From contig JBHGNT010000007.1 in assembly GCA_043228905.1 (NCBI GenBank), positions 1-64,000 of the forward strand: a stretch of 64,000 nucleotides of DNA, read 5' to 3'. This DNA comes from Azolla caroliniana. Its lineage: Eukaryota > Plantae > Polypodiophyta. Positions 7,890 to 22,800 of the stretch are shown here, one piece after another. A model generated the notes under the pieces. It saw only the letters and a program-made list of their open reading frames with translations. It ran no database searches and had not been told where the DNA came from. Both the position numbers and the translations under genes were made by a program. Position 1 is the first letter of the stretch, and the number at the start of each line of letters is the position of its first letter.

Positions 7890-10800
7890 TTGATTTTTTA
7901 ATTCTATATCATAGCTAACGTTGTTAGCTTCGTTTCGCATGTTTGAACACAGAAATCCGATATAACACGAGCTAGGTATAAACATTTTAATTTACTCACT
8001 GGCACTTCTCAACTCCATCCTCAAATAAGCTAATTTCCTCATGTCTCTCGACCTAGGTTTTAAAATCTTTAATTTTTAATTGTATATCATAGCTAGCGTT
8101 GTTAGCTTCGATTCGCATGTTTGAACACAAAAATCCGATATCACACGAGCGAGGTATGAACATTTTAATTTATTGACACACTCTTCTCCACTACCTCCTC
8201 AAATAAGCTAATTTCCTCATGTCTCTCGACCTGAGTTTCAAAACCTTGATTTTTTAATTCTATATCATAGCTAGCGTTGTTAGCTTCGTTTCGCATGTTT
8301 GAACACAGAAATCCGATATCACACGAGCCAGGTATAAACATTTTAATTTACTCACTGGCACTTCTCAACTCCATCCTCAAATAAGCTAATTTCCTCATGT
8401 CTCTCGACCTGGGTTTCAAAATCTTGATTTTTTAATTCTATATCATAGCTAGCATTGTTAGCTTCGATTCGCATGTTTGAACACAAAAATCCGATATCAC
8501 ACGAGCCAGATATGAACATTTTAATTTACTGACACACTCTTCTCCACTACCTCCTCAAATTTGCTAATTTCCTCATGTCTCTCGACCTGAGTTTCAAAAT
8601 CTTGATTTTTTAATTTTATATCATAGCTAGCGTTCTTAGCTTCGATTCGCATGTTTGAACACAAAAATCCGATATCACACGAGCGAGGTATGAACATTTT
8701 AATTTATTGGCACACTCTTCTCCACTACCTCCTCAAATAAGCTAATTTCGTCATGTCTCTCGACCTGAGTTCCAAAACCTTGATTTTTTAATTCTATATC
8801 ATAGCTAGCATTGTTAGCTTCGTTTCGCATGTTTGAACACAGAAATCCGATATCACACGAGCCAGGTATAAACATTTTAATTTACTCACTGGCACTTCTC
8901 AACTCCATCCTCAAATAAGCTAATTTCCTCATGTCTCTCGACCTTGCTTTCAAAATCTCGAAATTTTACTTCTATATCATTGCTAGCGTTGTTAGCTTCG
9001 ATTCGCATGTTTGAACACAAAAATCCGATATCACACGAGCGAGGTATGAACATTTTAATTTACTGACACACTCTTCTCCACTACCTCCTCAAAATTTGCT
9101 AATTTCCTCATGTCTCTCGACCTGAGTTTCAAAATCTTGATTTTTTAATTCCATATCATAGCTAGCGTTGTTAGCTTCGTTTCGCATGTTTGAACGCAGA
9201 AATCCGAAATCACACGAGCCTGGTATGAACATTTTAATTTACTCACTGGCTCTTCTCAACTCCATCGTCAAATAAGCTAATTTCCTCATGTCTCTCGACC
9301 TGGGTTTCAAAATCTTGATTTTTTAATTCTATATCATAGCTAGCATTGTTTGCTTCGATTCGCATGTTTGAACACAAAAATCCGATATCACAAGAGCCAG
9401 GTATGAACATTTTAATTTACTGACACACTCTTCTCCACTACCTCCTCAAATTTGCTACTTTCCTCATGTCTGTCGACCTGAGGTTCAAAATCTTGATTTT
9501 TTAATTCTATATTATAGCTAGCGTTGTTAGCTTCGTTTCACATGTTTGAACACAGAAATCCGATATCACACGAGCCAGGTATGAACATTTTAATTTACTG
9601 ACACACTCTTCTCCACTACCTCCTCAAATTTGCTAATTTCCTCATGTCTCTCGACCTGAGTTTCAAAATCTTGATTTTTTAATACTATATCATAGCTAGC
9701 GTTGTAAGTTTCGTTTCGCATGTTTGAACACAGAAATCTGATATCACACGAGCCAGGTATAAACTCTATCCTCAAATAAGCTAATTTCCTCATGTCTCTC
9801 GACCTTGCTTTCAAAATCTGGAATTTTTACTTCTATCATAGCTAGCGTTGTTAGCTTCGATTCGCATGTTTGAACACAAAAATCCGATATCACACGAGCC
9901 AGGTATGAACATTTTAATTTACTGACACACTCTTCTCCACTACCTCCCCAAATTTGCTAATTTCCTCATGTCTCTCGACCTGAGTTTCAAAATCATGATT
10001 TTTTAATTCTATATCATAGCTAGCGTTGTTAGCTTCGATTCACATGTTTGAACACAAAAATCCGATATCACACGAGCCAGGTATGAACATTTTAATTTAT
10101 TGACATACTCTTCTCCACTACCTCCTCAAATAAGCTAATTTCGTCATGTCTCTCGACCTAAGTTCCAAAACCTTGATTTTTTAATTCTATATCATAGCTA
10201 GCGTTGTTAGCTTCGTTTCGCATGTTTGAAGACAGAAATCCGATATCACACGAGCCAGGTATAAACATTTTAATTTACTCATTGGCACTTCTCAACTCCA
10301 TCCTAAAATAATCTAATTTCCTCATGTCTCTCGACCTTGCTTTCAAAATCTTGAATTTTTACTTCTATATCATTGCTAGCGTTGTTAGCCTCGATTCGCA
10401 TGTTTGAACACAAAAATCCGATATCACACGAGCCAGGTATGAACATTTTAATTTACTGACACACTCTTGTCCACTACCTCCTCAAATTTGCTAATTTCCT
10501 CATGTACCTCGACCTGAGTTTCAAAATCTTGATTTTTTAATTCTATATTATGGCTAGCTTTGTTAGCTTCGATTCGCATGTTTGAACACAAAAATCCGAT
10601 ATCACAGGAGCCAGGTATGAATATTTTAATTTACTGACATACTCTTCTCCAAAGCCTCCTCAAATTTGCTAATTTCCTCATGTCTCTCGACCTGGCTTTC
10701 AAAATCTTGAATTTTTACTTCTATATCATAGCTAGGATTGTTAGCTTCGATTCGCATGTTTGAACACAAAAATCTGATATCACACGAGCCAGATATGAAC

Positions 10801-13800
10801 ATTTTAATTTACTGACACACTCTTCTCCACTACCTCCTCAAATTTGCTAATTTCCTCATGTCTCTCGACCTGAGTTTCAAAATCTTGATTTTTTAATTCT
10901 ATATCATAGCTGACGTTGTTTGCTTCGATTCGCATGTTTGAATACAAAAATCCGATATCACACGAGCGAGGTATGAACATTTTAATTTACTGACACACTC
11001 TTCTCCACTACCTCCTCAAATAAGCTAATTTCGTCATGTCTCTCGACCTGAGTTCCAAAACCTTGAATTTTTAATTCTATATCATAGCTAGCGTTGTTAG
11101 CTTCGTTTCGCATGTTTGAACACAGAAATCCGATATCACACGAGCCAGGTATAAACATTTTAATTTACTCACTGGCACTTCTCAACTCCATCCTCAAATA
11201 AGCTAATTTCCTCATGTCTCTCGACCTTGCTTTCAAAATCTCGAAATTTTACTTCTATATCATTGCTAGCGTTGTTAGCTTCGATTCGCATGTTTGAACA
11301 CAAAAATCCGATATCACACGAGCGAGGTATGAACATTTTAATTTACTGACACACTCTTCTCCACTACCTCCTCAAATTTGCTAATTTCCTCATGTCTCTC
11401 GACTTGAGTTTCAAAATCTTGATTATTTATTTCCATATCATAGCTAGCGTTGTTAGCTTCGTTTCGCATGTTTGAACAAAGAAATCAGAAATCACACGAG
11501 CCAGGTATGAACATTTTAATTTACTCACTGGCTCTTCTCAACTCCATCATCAAATAAGCTAATTTCCTCATGTCTCTCGACCTTGCTTTCAAAATCTCGA
11601 AATTTTACTTCTATATCATTGCTAGCGTTGTTAGCTTCGATTCGCATGTTTGAACACAAAAATCCGATATCACAAGAGCCAGGTATGAACATTTTAATTT
11701 ACTGACACACTCTTCTCCACTACCTCCTCAAATTTGCTAATTTCCTCATGTCTCTCGACCTGAGTTTCAAAATCTTGATTTTTTAATTTTATATCATAGC
11801 TTGCGTTGTTAGCTTCGATTCGCATGTTTGAACACAAAAATCCGATATCACACGAGCGAGGTATGAACATTTTAATTTACTGACACACTCTTCTCCACTA
11901 CCTCCCCAAATTTGCTAATTTCCTCATGTCTCTCGACCTGAGTTTCAAAATCATGATTTTCTAATTCTATATCATAGCTAGCGTTGTTAGCTTCGATTCG
12001 CATGTTTGAACACAAAAATCTGATATCACACGAGCGAGGTATGAACATTTTAATTTTTTGGCACACTCTTCTCCACTACCTCCCCAAATTTGCTAATTTC
12101 CTCATGTCTCTCGACCTGAGTTTCAAAATCTTGATTTTTTAATTTTATATCATAGCTAGCGTTCTTAGCTTCGATTCGCATGTTTGAACACAAAAATCCG
12201 ATATCACACGAGCCAGGTATGAACATTTTAATTTATTGGCACACTCTTCTCCACTACCTCCTCAAATAAGCTAATTTCGTCATGTCTCTCGACCTGAGTT
12301 CCAAAACCTTGATTTTTTAATTCTATATCATAGCTAGCGTTGTTAGCTTCGTTTCGCATGTTTGAACACAGAAATCCGATATCACACGAGCCAGGTATAA
12401 ACATTTTAATTTACTCACTGGCACTTCTCAACTCCATCCTCAAATAAGCTAATTTCCTCATGTCTCTCGACCTGGGTTTCAAAATCTTGATTTTTTAATT
12501 CTATATCATAGCTAGCATTGTTTGCTTCGATTCGCATGTTTGAACACAAAAATCCGATATCACACGTGCAAGGTATGAACATTTTAATTTACTGACACAC
12601 TCTTCTCCACTACCTCCTCAAATTTGCTAATTTCCTCATGTCTCTCGACTTGAGTTTCAAAATCTTGATTTTTTATTTCCATATCATAGCTAGCGTTGTT
12701 AGCTTCGTTTCGCATGTTTGAACAGAGAAATCCGAAATCACACGAGCCAGGTATGAACATTTTAATTTACTCACTGGCTCTTCTCAACTCCATCTTCAAA
12801 TAAGCTAATTTCCTCATGTCTCTCGACCTGGGTTTCAAAATCTTGATTTTTTAATTCTATATCATAGCTAGCATTGTTAGCTTCGCTTCGCATGTTTGAA
12901 CGCAAAAATCCGATATCACAAGAGCCAGGTATGAACATTTTAATTTACTGACACACTCTTCTCCACTACCTCCTCAAATTTGCTAATTTCCTCATGTCTC
13001 TCGACCTGAGTTTCAAAATATTGATTTTTTAATTTTATATCATAGCTAGCGTTCTTAGCTTCGATTCGCATGTTTGAACACAAAAATCCGATATCACACG
13101 AGCGAGGTATGAACATTTTAATTTATTGGCACACTTTTCTCCACTACCTCCTCAAATAAGCTAATTTCGTCATGTCTCTCGACCTGAGTTCCAAAACCTT
13201 GATTTTTTAATTCTATATCATAGCTAGCGTTGTTAGCTTCGTTTCGCATGTTTGAACACAGAAATCCGATATCACACGAGCCAGGTATAAACATTTTAAT
13301 TTACTCACTGGCACTTCTCAACTCCATCCTCAAATAAGCTAATTTCCTCATGTCTCTCGACCTTGCTTTCAAAATCTCGAAATTTTACTTCTATATCATT
13401 GCTAGCGTTGTTAGCTTCGATTCGCATGTTTGAACCCAAAAATCCGATATCACACGAGCGAGGTATGAACATTTTAATTTACTGACACACTCTTCTCCAC
13501 TACCTCCTCAAATTTGCTAATTTCCTCATGTCTCTCGACTTGAGTTTCAAAATCTTGATTATTTATTTCCATATCATAGCTAGCGTTGTTAGCTTCGTTT
13601 CGCATGTTTGAACAGAGAAATCCGAAATCACACGAGCCAGGTATGAACATTTTAATTTACTCACTGGCTCTTCTCAACTCCATCATCAAATAAGCTAATT
13701 TCCTCATGTCTCTCGACCTTGCTTTCAAAATCTCGAAATTTTACTTCTATATCATTGCTAGCGTTGTTAGCTTCGATTCGCATGTTTGAACACAAAAATC

Positions 13801-16800
13801 CGATATCACAAGAGCCAGGTATGAACATTTTAATTTACTGACACACTCTTCTCCACTACCTCCTCAAATTTGCTACTTTCCTCATGTCTGTTGACCTGAG
13901 GTTCAAAATCTTGATTTTTTAATTCTATATTATAGCTAGCGTTGTTAGCTTCGTTTCACATGTTTGAACACAGAAATCCGATATCACACGAGCCAGGTAT
14001 GAACATTTTAATTTACTGACACACTCTTCTCCACTACCTCCTCAAATTTGCTAATTTCCTCATGTCTCTCGACCTGAGTTTCAAAATCTTGATTTTTTAA
14101 TACTATATCATAGCTAGCGTTGTAAGTTTCGTTTCGCATGTTTGAACACAGAAATCTGATATCACACGAGCCAGGTATGAACATTTTAATTTACTCACTA
14201 GTTCTTCTCAACTCTATCCTCAAATAAGCTAATTTCCTTATGTCTCTCGACCTTGCTTTCAAAATCTGGAATTTTTACTTCTATCATAGCTAGCGTTGTT
14301 AGCTTCGATTCGCATGTTTGAACACAAAAATCCGATATCACACGAGCCAGGTATGAACATTTTAATTTATTGGCACACTCTTCTCCACTACCTCCTCAAA
14401 TAAGCTAATTTCGTCATGTCTCTCGACCTGAGTTCCAAAACCTTGATTTTTTAATTCTATATCATAGCTAGCGTTGTTAGCTTCGTTTCGCATGTTTGAA
14501 CACAGAAATCCGATATCACACGAGCCAGGTATAAACATTTTAATTTACTCACTGGCACTTCTCAACTCCATCCTCAAATAAGCTAATTTCCTCATGTCTC
14601 TCGACCTAGGTTTTAAAATCTTTCATTTTTAATTGTATATCATAGCTAGCGTTGTTAGCTTCGATTCGCATGTTTGAACACAAAAATCCGATATCACACG
14701 AGCCAGGTATGAACATTTTAATTTATTGGCACACTCTTCTCCACTACCTCCTCAAATAAGCTAATTTCGTCATGTCTCTCGACCTGAGTTCCAAAACCTT
14801 GATTTTTTAATTCTATATCATAGCTAGCGTTGTTAGCTTCGTTTCGCATGTTTGAACACAGAAATCCGATATCACACGAGCCAAGTATAAACATTTTAAT
14901 TTACTCACTGGCACTTCTCAACTCCATCCTCAAATAAGCTAATTTCCTCATGTCTCTCGACCTTGCTTTCAAAATCTCGAAATTTTACTTCTATATCATT
15001 GCTAGCGTTGTTAGCTTCGATTCGCATGTTTGAACACAAAAATCCGATATCACACGAGCGAGGTATGAACATTTTAATTTACTGACACACTCTTCTCCAC
15101 TACCTCCTCAAATTTGCTAATTTCCTCATGTCTCTCGACCTGAGTTTCAAAACCTTGATTTTTTAATTCTATATCATAGCTAGCGTTGTTAGCTTCGTTT
15201 CGCATGTTTGAACACAGAAATCCGATATCACACGAGCCAGGTATAAACATTTTAATTTACTCACTGGCACTTCTCAACTCCATCCTCAAATAAGCTAATT
15301 TCCTCATGTCTCTCGACCTTGCTTTCAAAATCTTGATTTTTTAATTCTATATCATAGCTAGCATTGTTAGCTTCGATTCGCATGTTTGAACACAAAAATC
15401 CGATATCACACGAGCCAGATATGAACATTTTAATTTACTGACACACTCTTCTCCACTACCTCCTCAAATTTGCTAATTTCCTCATGTCTCTCGACCTGAG
15501 TTTCAAAACCTTGAATTTTTAATTCTATATCATAGCTAGCGTTGTTAGCTTCGTTTCGCATGTTTGAACACAGAAATCCGATATCACACGCGCCAGGTAT
15601 AAACATTTTAATTTACTCACTGGCACTTCTCAACTCCATCCTCAAATAAGCTAATTTCCTCATGTCTCTCGACCTGGGTTTCAAAATCTTGATTTTTTAA
15701 TTCTATATCATAGCTAGCGTTGTTAGCTTCGTTTCGCATGTTTGAACACAGAAATCCGAAATCACACGAGCCTGGTATGAACATTTTAATTTACTCACTG
15801 GCTCTTCTCAACTCCATCATCAAATAAGCTAATTTCCTCATGTCTCTCGACCTTGCTTTCAAAATCTCGAAATTTTACTTCTATATCATTGCTAGCGTTG
15901 TTAGCTTCGATTCGCATGTTTGAACACAAAAATCCGATATCACAAGAGCCAGGTATGAACATTTTAATTTACTGACACACTCTTCTCCACTACCTCCTCA
16001 AATTTGCTACTTTCCTCATGTCTGTTGACCTGAGGTTCAAAATCTTGATTTTTTAATTCTATATTATAGCTAGCGTTGTTAGCTTCGTTTCACATGTTTG
16101 AACACAGAAATCCGATATCACACGAGCCAGGTATGAACATTTTAATTTACTGACACACTCTTCTCCACTACCTCCTCAAATTTGCTAATTTCCTCATGTC
16201 TCTCGACCTGAGTTTCAAAATCTTGATTTTTTAATACTATATCATAGCTAGCGTTGTAAGTTTCGTTTCGCATTTTTGAACACAGAAATCTGATATCACA
16301 CGAGCCAGGTATGAACATTTTAATTTACTCACTAGTTCTTCTCAACTCTATCCTCAAATAAGCTAATTTCCTTATGTCTCTCGACCTTGCTTTCAAAATC
16401 TGGAATTTTTACTTCTATCATAGCTAGCGTTGTTAGCTTCGATTCGCATGTTTGAACACAAAAATCCGATATCACACGAGCCAGGTATGAACATTTTAAT
16501 TTATTGGCACACTCTTCTCCACTACCTCCTCAAATAAGCTAATTTCGTCATGTCTCTCGACCTGAGTTCCAAAACCTTGATTTTTTAATTCTATATCATA
16601 GCTAGCGTTGTTAGCTTCGTTTCGCATGTTTGAACACAGAAATCCGATATCACACGAGCCAGGTATAAACATTTTAATTTACTCACTGGCACTTCTCAAC
16701 TCCATCCTCAAATAAGCTAATTTCCTCATGTCTCTCGACCTGGGTTTCAAAATCTTGATTTTTTAATTCTATATCATAGCTAGCATTGTTTGCTTCGATT

Positions 16801-19800
16801 CGCATGTTTGAACACAAAAATCCGATATCACACGTGCAAGGTATGAACATTTTAATTTACTGACACACTCTTCTCCACTACCTCCTCAAATTTGCTAATT
16901 TCCTCATGTCTCTCGACTTGAGTTTCAAAATCTTGATTATTTATTTCCATATCATAGCTAGCGTTGTTAGCTTCGTTTCGCATGTTTGAACAGAGAAATC
17001 CGAAATCACACGAGCCAGGTATGAACATTTTAATTTACTCACTGGCTCTTCTCAACTCCATCTTCAAATAAGCTAATTTCCTCATGTCTCTCGACCTGGG
17101 TTTCAAAATCTTGATTTTTTAATTCTATATCATAGCTAGCATTGTTAGCTTCGCTTCGCATGTTTGAACGCAAAAATCCGATATCACAAGAGCCAGGTAT
17201 GAACATTTTAATTTACTGACACACTCTTCTCCACTACCTCCTCAAATTTGCTAATTTCCTCATGTCTCTCGACCTGAGTTTCAAAATATTGATTTTTTAA
17301 TTTTATATCATAGCTAGCGTTCTTAGCTTCGATTCGCATGTTTGAACACAAAAATCCGATATCACACGAGCGAGGTATGAACATTTTAATTTATTGGCAC
17401 ACTTTTCTCCACTACCTCCTCAAATAAGCTAATTTCGTCATGTCTCTCGACCTGAGTTCCAAAACCTTGATTTTTTAATTCTATATCATAGCTAGCGTTG
17501 TTAGCTTCGTTTCGCATGTTTGAACACAGAAATCCGATATCACACGAGCCAGGTATAAACATTTTAATTTACTCACTGGCACTTCTCAACTCCATCCTCA
17601 AATAAGCTAATTTCCTCATGTCTCTCGACCTTGCTTTCAAAATCTCGAAATTTTACTTCTATATCATTGCTAGCGTTGTTAGCTTCGATTCGCATGTTTG
17701 AACCCAAAAATCCGATATCACACGAGCGAGGTATGAACATTTTAATTTACTGACACACTCTTCTCCACTACCTCCTCAAATTTGCTAATTTCCTCATGTC
17801 TCTCGACTTGAGTTTCAAAATCTTGATTATTTATTTCCATATCATAGCTAGCGTTGTTAGCTTCGTTTCGCATGTTTGAACAGAGAAATCCGAAATCACA
17901 CGAGCCAGGTATGAACATTTTAATTTACTCACTGGCTCTTCTCAACTCCATCATCAAATAAGCTAATTTCCTCATGTCTCTCGACCTTGCTTTCAAAATC
18001 TCGAAATTTTACTTCTATATCATTGCTAGCGTTGTTAGCTTCGATTCGCATGTTTGAACACAAAAATCCGATATCACAAGAGCCAGGTATGAACATTTTA
18101 ATTTACTGACACACTCTTCTCCACTACCTCCTCAAATTTGCTACTTTCCTCATGTCTGTTGAACTGAGGTTCAAAATCTTGATTTTTTAATTCTATAATA
18201 TAGCTAGCGTTGTTAGCTTCGTTTCACATGTTTGAACACAGAAATCCGATATCACACGAGCCAGGTATGAACATTTTAATTTACTGACACACTCTTCTCC
18301 ACTACCTCCTCAAATTTGCTAATTTCCTCATGTCTCTCGACCTGAGTTTCAAAATCTTGATTTTTTAATACTATATCATAGCTAGCGTTGTAAGTTTCGT
18401 TTCGCATGTTTGAACACAGAAATCTGATATCACACGAGCCAGGTATGAACATTTTAATTTACTCACTAGTTCTTCTCAACTCTATCCTCAAATAAGCTAA
18501 TTTCCTTATGTCTCTCGACCTTGCTTTCAAAATCTGGAATTTTTACTTCTATCATAGCTAGCGTTGTTAGCTTCGATTCGCATGTTTGAACACAAAAATC
18601 CGATATCACACGAGCCAGGTATGAACATTTTAATTTATTGGCACACTCTTCTCCACTACCTCCTCAAATAAGCTAATTTCGTCATGTCTCTCGACCTGAG
18701 TTCCAAAACCTTGATTTTTTAATTCTATATCATAGCTAGCGTTGTTAGCTTCGTTTCGCATGTTTGAACACAGAAATCCGAAATCACACGAGCCTGGTAT
18801 GAACATTTTAATTTACTCACTGGCTCTTCTCAACTCCATCGTCAAATAAGCTAATTTCCTCATGTCTCTCGACCTGGGTTTCAAAATCTTGATTTTTTAA
18901 TTCTATATCATAGCTAGCATTGTTTGCTTCGATTCGCATGTTTGAACACAAAAATCCGATATCACAAGAGCCAGGTATGAACATTTTAATTTACTGACAC
19001 ACTCTTCTCCACTACCTCCTCAAATTTGCTACTTTCCTCATGTCTGTCGACCTGAGGTTCAAAATCTTGATTTTTTAATTCTATATTATAGCTAGCGTTG
19101 TTAGCTTCGTTTCACATGTTTGAACACAGAAATCCGATATCACACGAGCCAGGTATGAACATTTTAATTTACTGACACACTCTTCTCCACTACCTCCTCA
19201 AATTTGCTAATTTCCTCATGTCTCTCGACCTGGGTTTCAAAATCTTGATTTTTTAATTCTATATCATAGCTAGCATTGTTAGCTTCGCTTCGCATGTTTG
19301 AACGCAAAAATCCGATATCACAAGAGCCAGGTATGAACATTTTAATTTACTGACACACTCTTCTCCACTACCTCCTCAAATTTGCTAATTTCCTCATGTC
19401 TCTCGACCTGAGTTTCAAAATATTGATTTTTTAATTTTATATCATAGCTAGCGTTCTTAGCTTCGATTCGCATGTTTGAACACAAAAATCCGATATCACA
19501 CGAGCGAGGTATGAACATTTTAATTTATTGGCACACTTTTCTCCACTACCTCCTCAAATAAGCTAATTTCGTCATGTCTCTCGACCTGAGTTCCAAAACC
19601 TTGATTTTTTAATTCTATATCATAGCTAGCGTTGTTAGCTTCGTTTCGCATGTTTGAACACAGAAATCCGATATCACACGAGCCAGGTATAAACATTTTA
19701 ATTTACTCACTGGCACTTCTCAACTCCATCCTCAAATAAGCTAATTTCCTCATGTCTCTCGACCTTGCTTTCAAAATCTCGAAATTTTACTTCTATATCA

Positions 19801-22800
19801 TTGCTAGCGTTGTTAGCTTCGATTCGCATGTTTGAACCCAAAAATCCGATATCACACGAGCGAGGTATGAACATTTTAATTTACTGACACACTCTTCTCC
19901 ACTACCTCCTCAAATTTGCTAATTTCCTCATGTCTCTCGACTTGAGTTTCAAAATCTTGATTATTTATTTCCATATCATAGCTAGCGTTGTTAGCTTCGT
20001 TTCGCATGTTTGAACAGAGAAATCCGAAATCACACGAGCCAGGTATGAACATTTTAATTTACTCACTGGCTCTTCTCAACTCCATCATCAAATAAGCTAA
20101 TTTCCTCATGTCTCTCGACCTTGCTTTCAAAATCTCGAAATTTTACTTCTATATCATTGCTAGCGTTGTTAGCTTCGATTCGCATGTTTGAACACAAAAA
20201 TCCGATATCACAAGAGCCAGGTATGAACATTTTAATTTACTGACACACTCTTCTCCACTACCTCCTCAAATTTGCTACTTTCCTCATGTCTGTTGACCTG
20301 AGGTTCAAAATCTTGATTTTTTAATTCTATATTATAGCTAGCGTTGTTAGCTTCGTTTCACATGTTTGAACACAGAAATCCGATATCACACGAGCCAGGT
20401 ATGAACATTTTAATTTACTGACACACTCTTCTCCACTACCTCCTCAAATTTGCTAATTTCCTCATGTCTCTCGACCTGAGTTTCAAAATCTTGATTTTTT
20501 AATACTATATCATAGCTAGCGTTGTAAGTTTCGTTTCGCATGTTTGAACACAGAAATCTGATATCACACGAGCCAGGTATGAACATTTTAATTTACTCAC
20601 TAGTTCTTCTCAACTCTATCCTCAAATAAGCTAATTTCCTTATGTCTCTCGACCTTGCTTTCAAAATCTGGAATTTTTACTTCTATCATAGCTAGCGTTG
20701 TTAGCTTCGATTCGCATGTTTGAACACAAAAATCCGATATCACACGAGCCAGGTATGAACATTTTAATTTATTGGCACACTCTTCTCCACTACCTCCTCA
20801 AATAAGCTAATTTCGTCATGTCTCTCGACCTGAGTTCCAAAACCTTGATTTTTTAATTCTATATCATAGCTAGCGTTGTTAGCTTCGTTTCGCATGTTTG
20901 AACACAGAAATCCGATATCACACGAGCCAGGTATAAACATTTTAATTTACTCACTGGCACTTCTCAACTCCATCCTCAAATAAGCTAATTTCCTCATGTC
21001 TCTCGACCTTGCTTTCAAAATCTCGAAATTTTACTTCTATATCATTGCTAGCGTTGTTAGCTTCGATTCGCATGTTTGAACACAAAAATCCGATATCACA
21101 CGAGCGAGGTATGAACATTTTAATTTACTGACACACTCTTCTCCACTACCTCCTCAAATTTGCTAATTTCCTCATGTCTCTCGACTTGAGTTTCAAAATC
21201 TTGATTATTTATTTCCATATCATAGCTAGCGTTGTTAGCTTCGTTTCGCATGTTTGAACAGAGAAATCCGAAATCACACGAGCCAGGTATGAACATTTTA
21301 ATTTACTCACTGGCTCTTCTCAACTCCATTATCAAATAAGCAAATTTCCTCATGTCTCTCGACCTGTGTTTCAAAATCTTGATTTTTTAATTCTATATCA
21401 CAAGAGCCAGGTATAAACATTTTAATTTACTCACTGGCACTTCTCAACTCCATCCTCAAATAAGCTAATTTCCTCATGTCTCTCGACCTAGGTTTTAAAA
21501 TCTTTCATTTTTAATTGTATATCATAGCTAGCGTTGTTAGCTTCGATTCGCATGTTTGAACACAAAAATCCGATATCACACGAGCGAGGTATGAACATTT
21601 TAATTTACTGACACACTCTTCTCCACTACCTCCTCAAATTTGCTAATTTCCTCATGTCTCTCGACCTGAGTTCCAAAACCTTGATTTTTTAATTCTATAT
21701 CATAGCTAGCGTTGTTAGCTTCGTTTCGCATGTTTGAACACAGAAATCCGATATCACACGAGCCAGGTATAAACATTTTAATTTACTCACTGGCACTTCT
21801 CAACTCCATCCTCAAATAAGCTAATTTCCTCATGTCTCTCGACCTTGCTTTCAAAATCTCGAAATTTTACTTCTATATCATTGCTAGCGTTGTTAGCTTC
21901 GATTCGCATGTTTGAACCCAAAAATCCGATATCACACGAGCGAGGTATGAACATTTTAATTTACTGACACACTCTTCTCCACTACCTCCTCAAATTTGCT
22001 AATTTCCTCATGTCTCTCGACTTGAGTTTCAAAATCTTGATTATTTATTTCCATATCATAGCTAGCGTTGTTAGCTTCGTTTCGCATGTTTGAACAGAGA
22101 AATCCGAAATCACACGAGCCAGGTATGAACATTTTAATTTACTCACTGGCTCTTCTCAACTCCATTATCAAATAAGCTAATTTCCTCATGTCTCTCGACC
22201 TGGGTTTCAAAATCTTGATTTTTTAATTCTATATCATACCTAGCATTGTTAGCTTCGATTCGCATGTTTGAACGCAAAAATCCGATATCACAAGAGCCAG
22301 GTATGAACATTTTAATTTACTGACACACTCTTCTCCACTACCTCCTCAAATTTGCTAATTTCCTCATGTCTCTCGACCTGAGTTTCAAAATCTTGATTTT
22401 TTAATTTTATATCATAGCTTGCGTTGTTAGCTTCGATTCGCATGTTTGAACACAAAAATCCGATATCACACGAGCGAGGTATGAACATTTTAATTTACTG
22501 ACACACTCTTCTCCACTACCTCCCCAAATTTGCTAATTTCCTCATGTCTCTCGACCTGAGTTTCAAAATCATGATTTTCTAATTCTATATCATAGCTAGC
22601 GTTGTTAGCTTCGATTCGCATGTTTGAACACAAAAATCCGATATCACACGAGCGAGGTATGAACATTTTAATTTTTTGGCACACTCTTCTCCACTACCTC
22701 CCCAAATTTGCTAATTTCCTCATGTCTCTCGACCTTGCTTTCAAAATCTTGATTTTTTAATTTTATATCATAGCTAGCGTTCTTAGCTTCGATTCGCATG

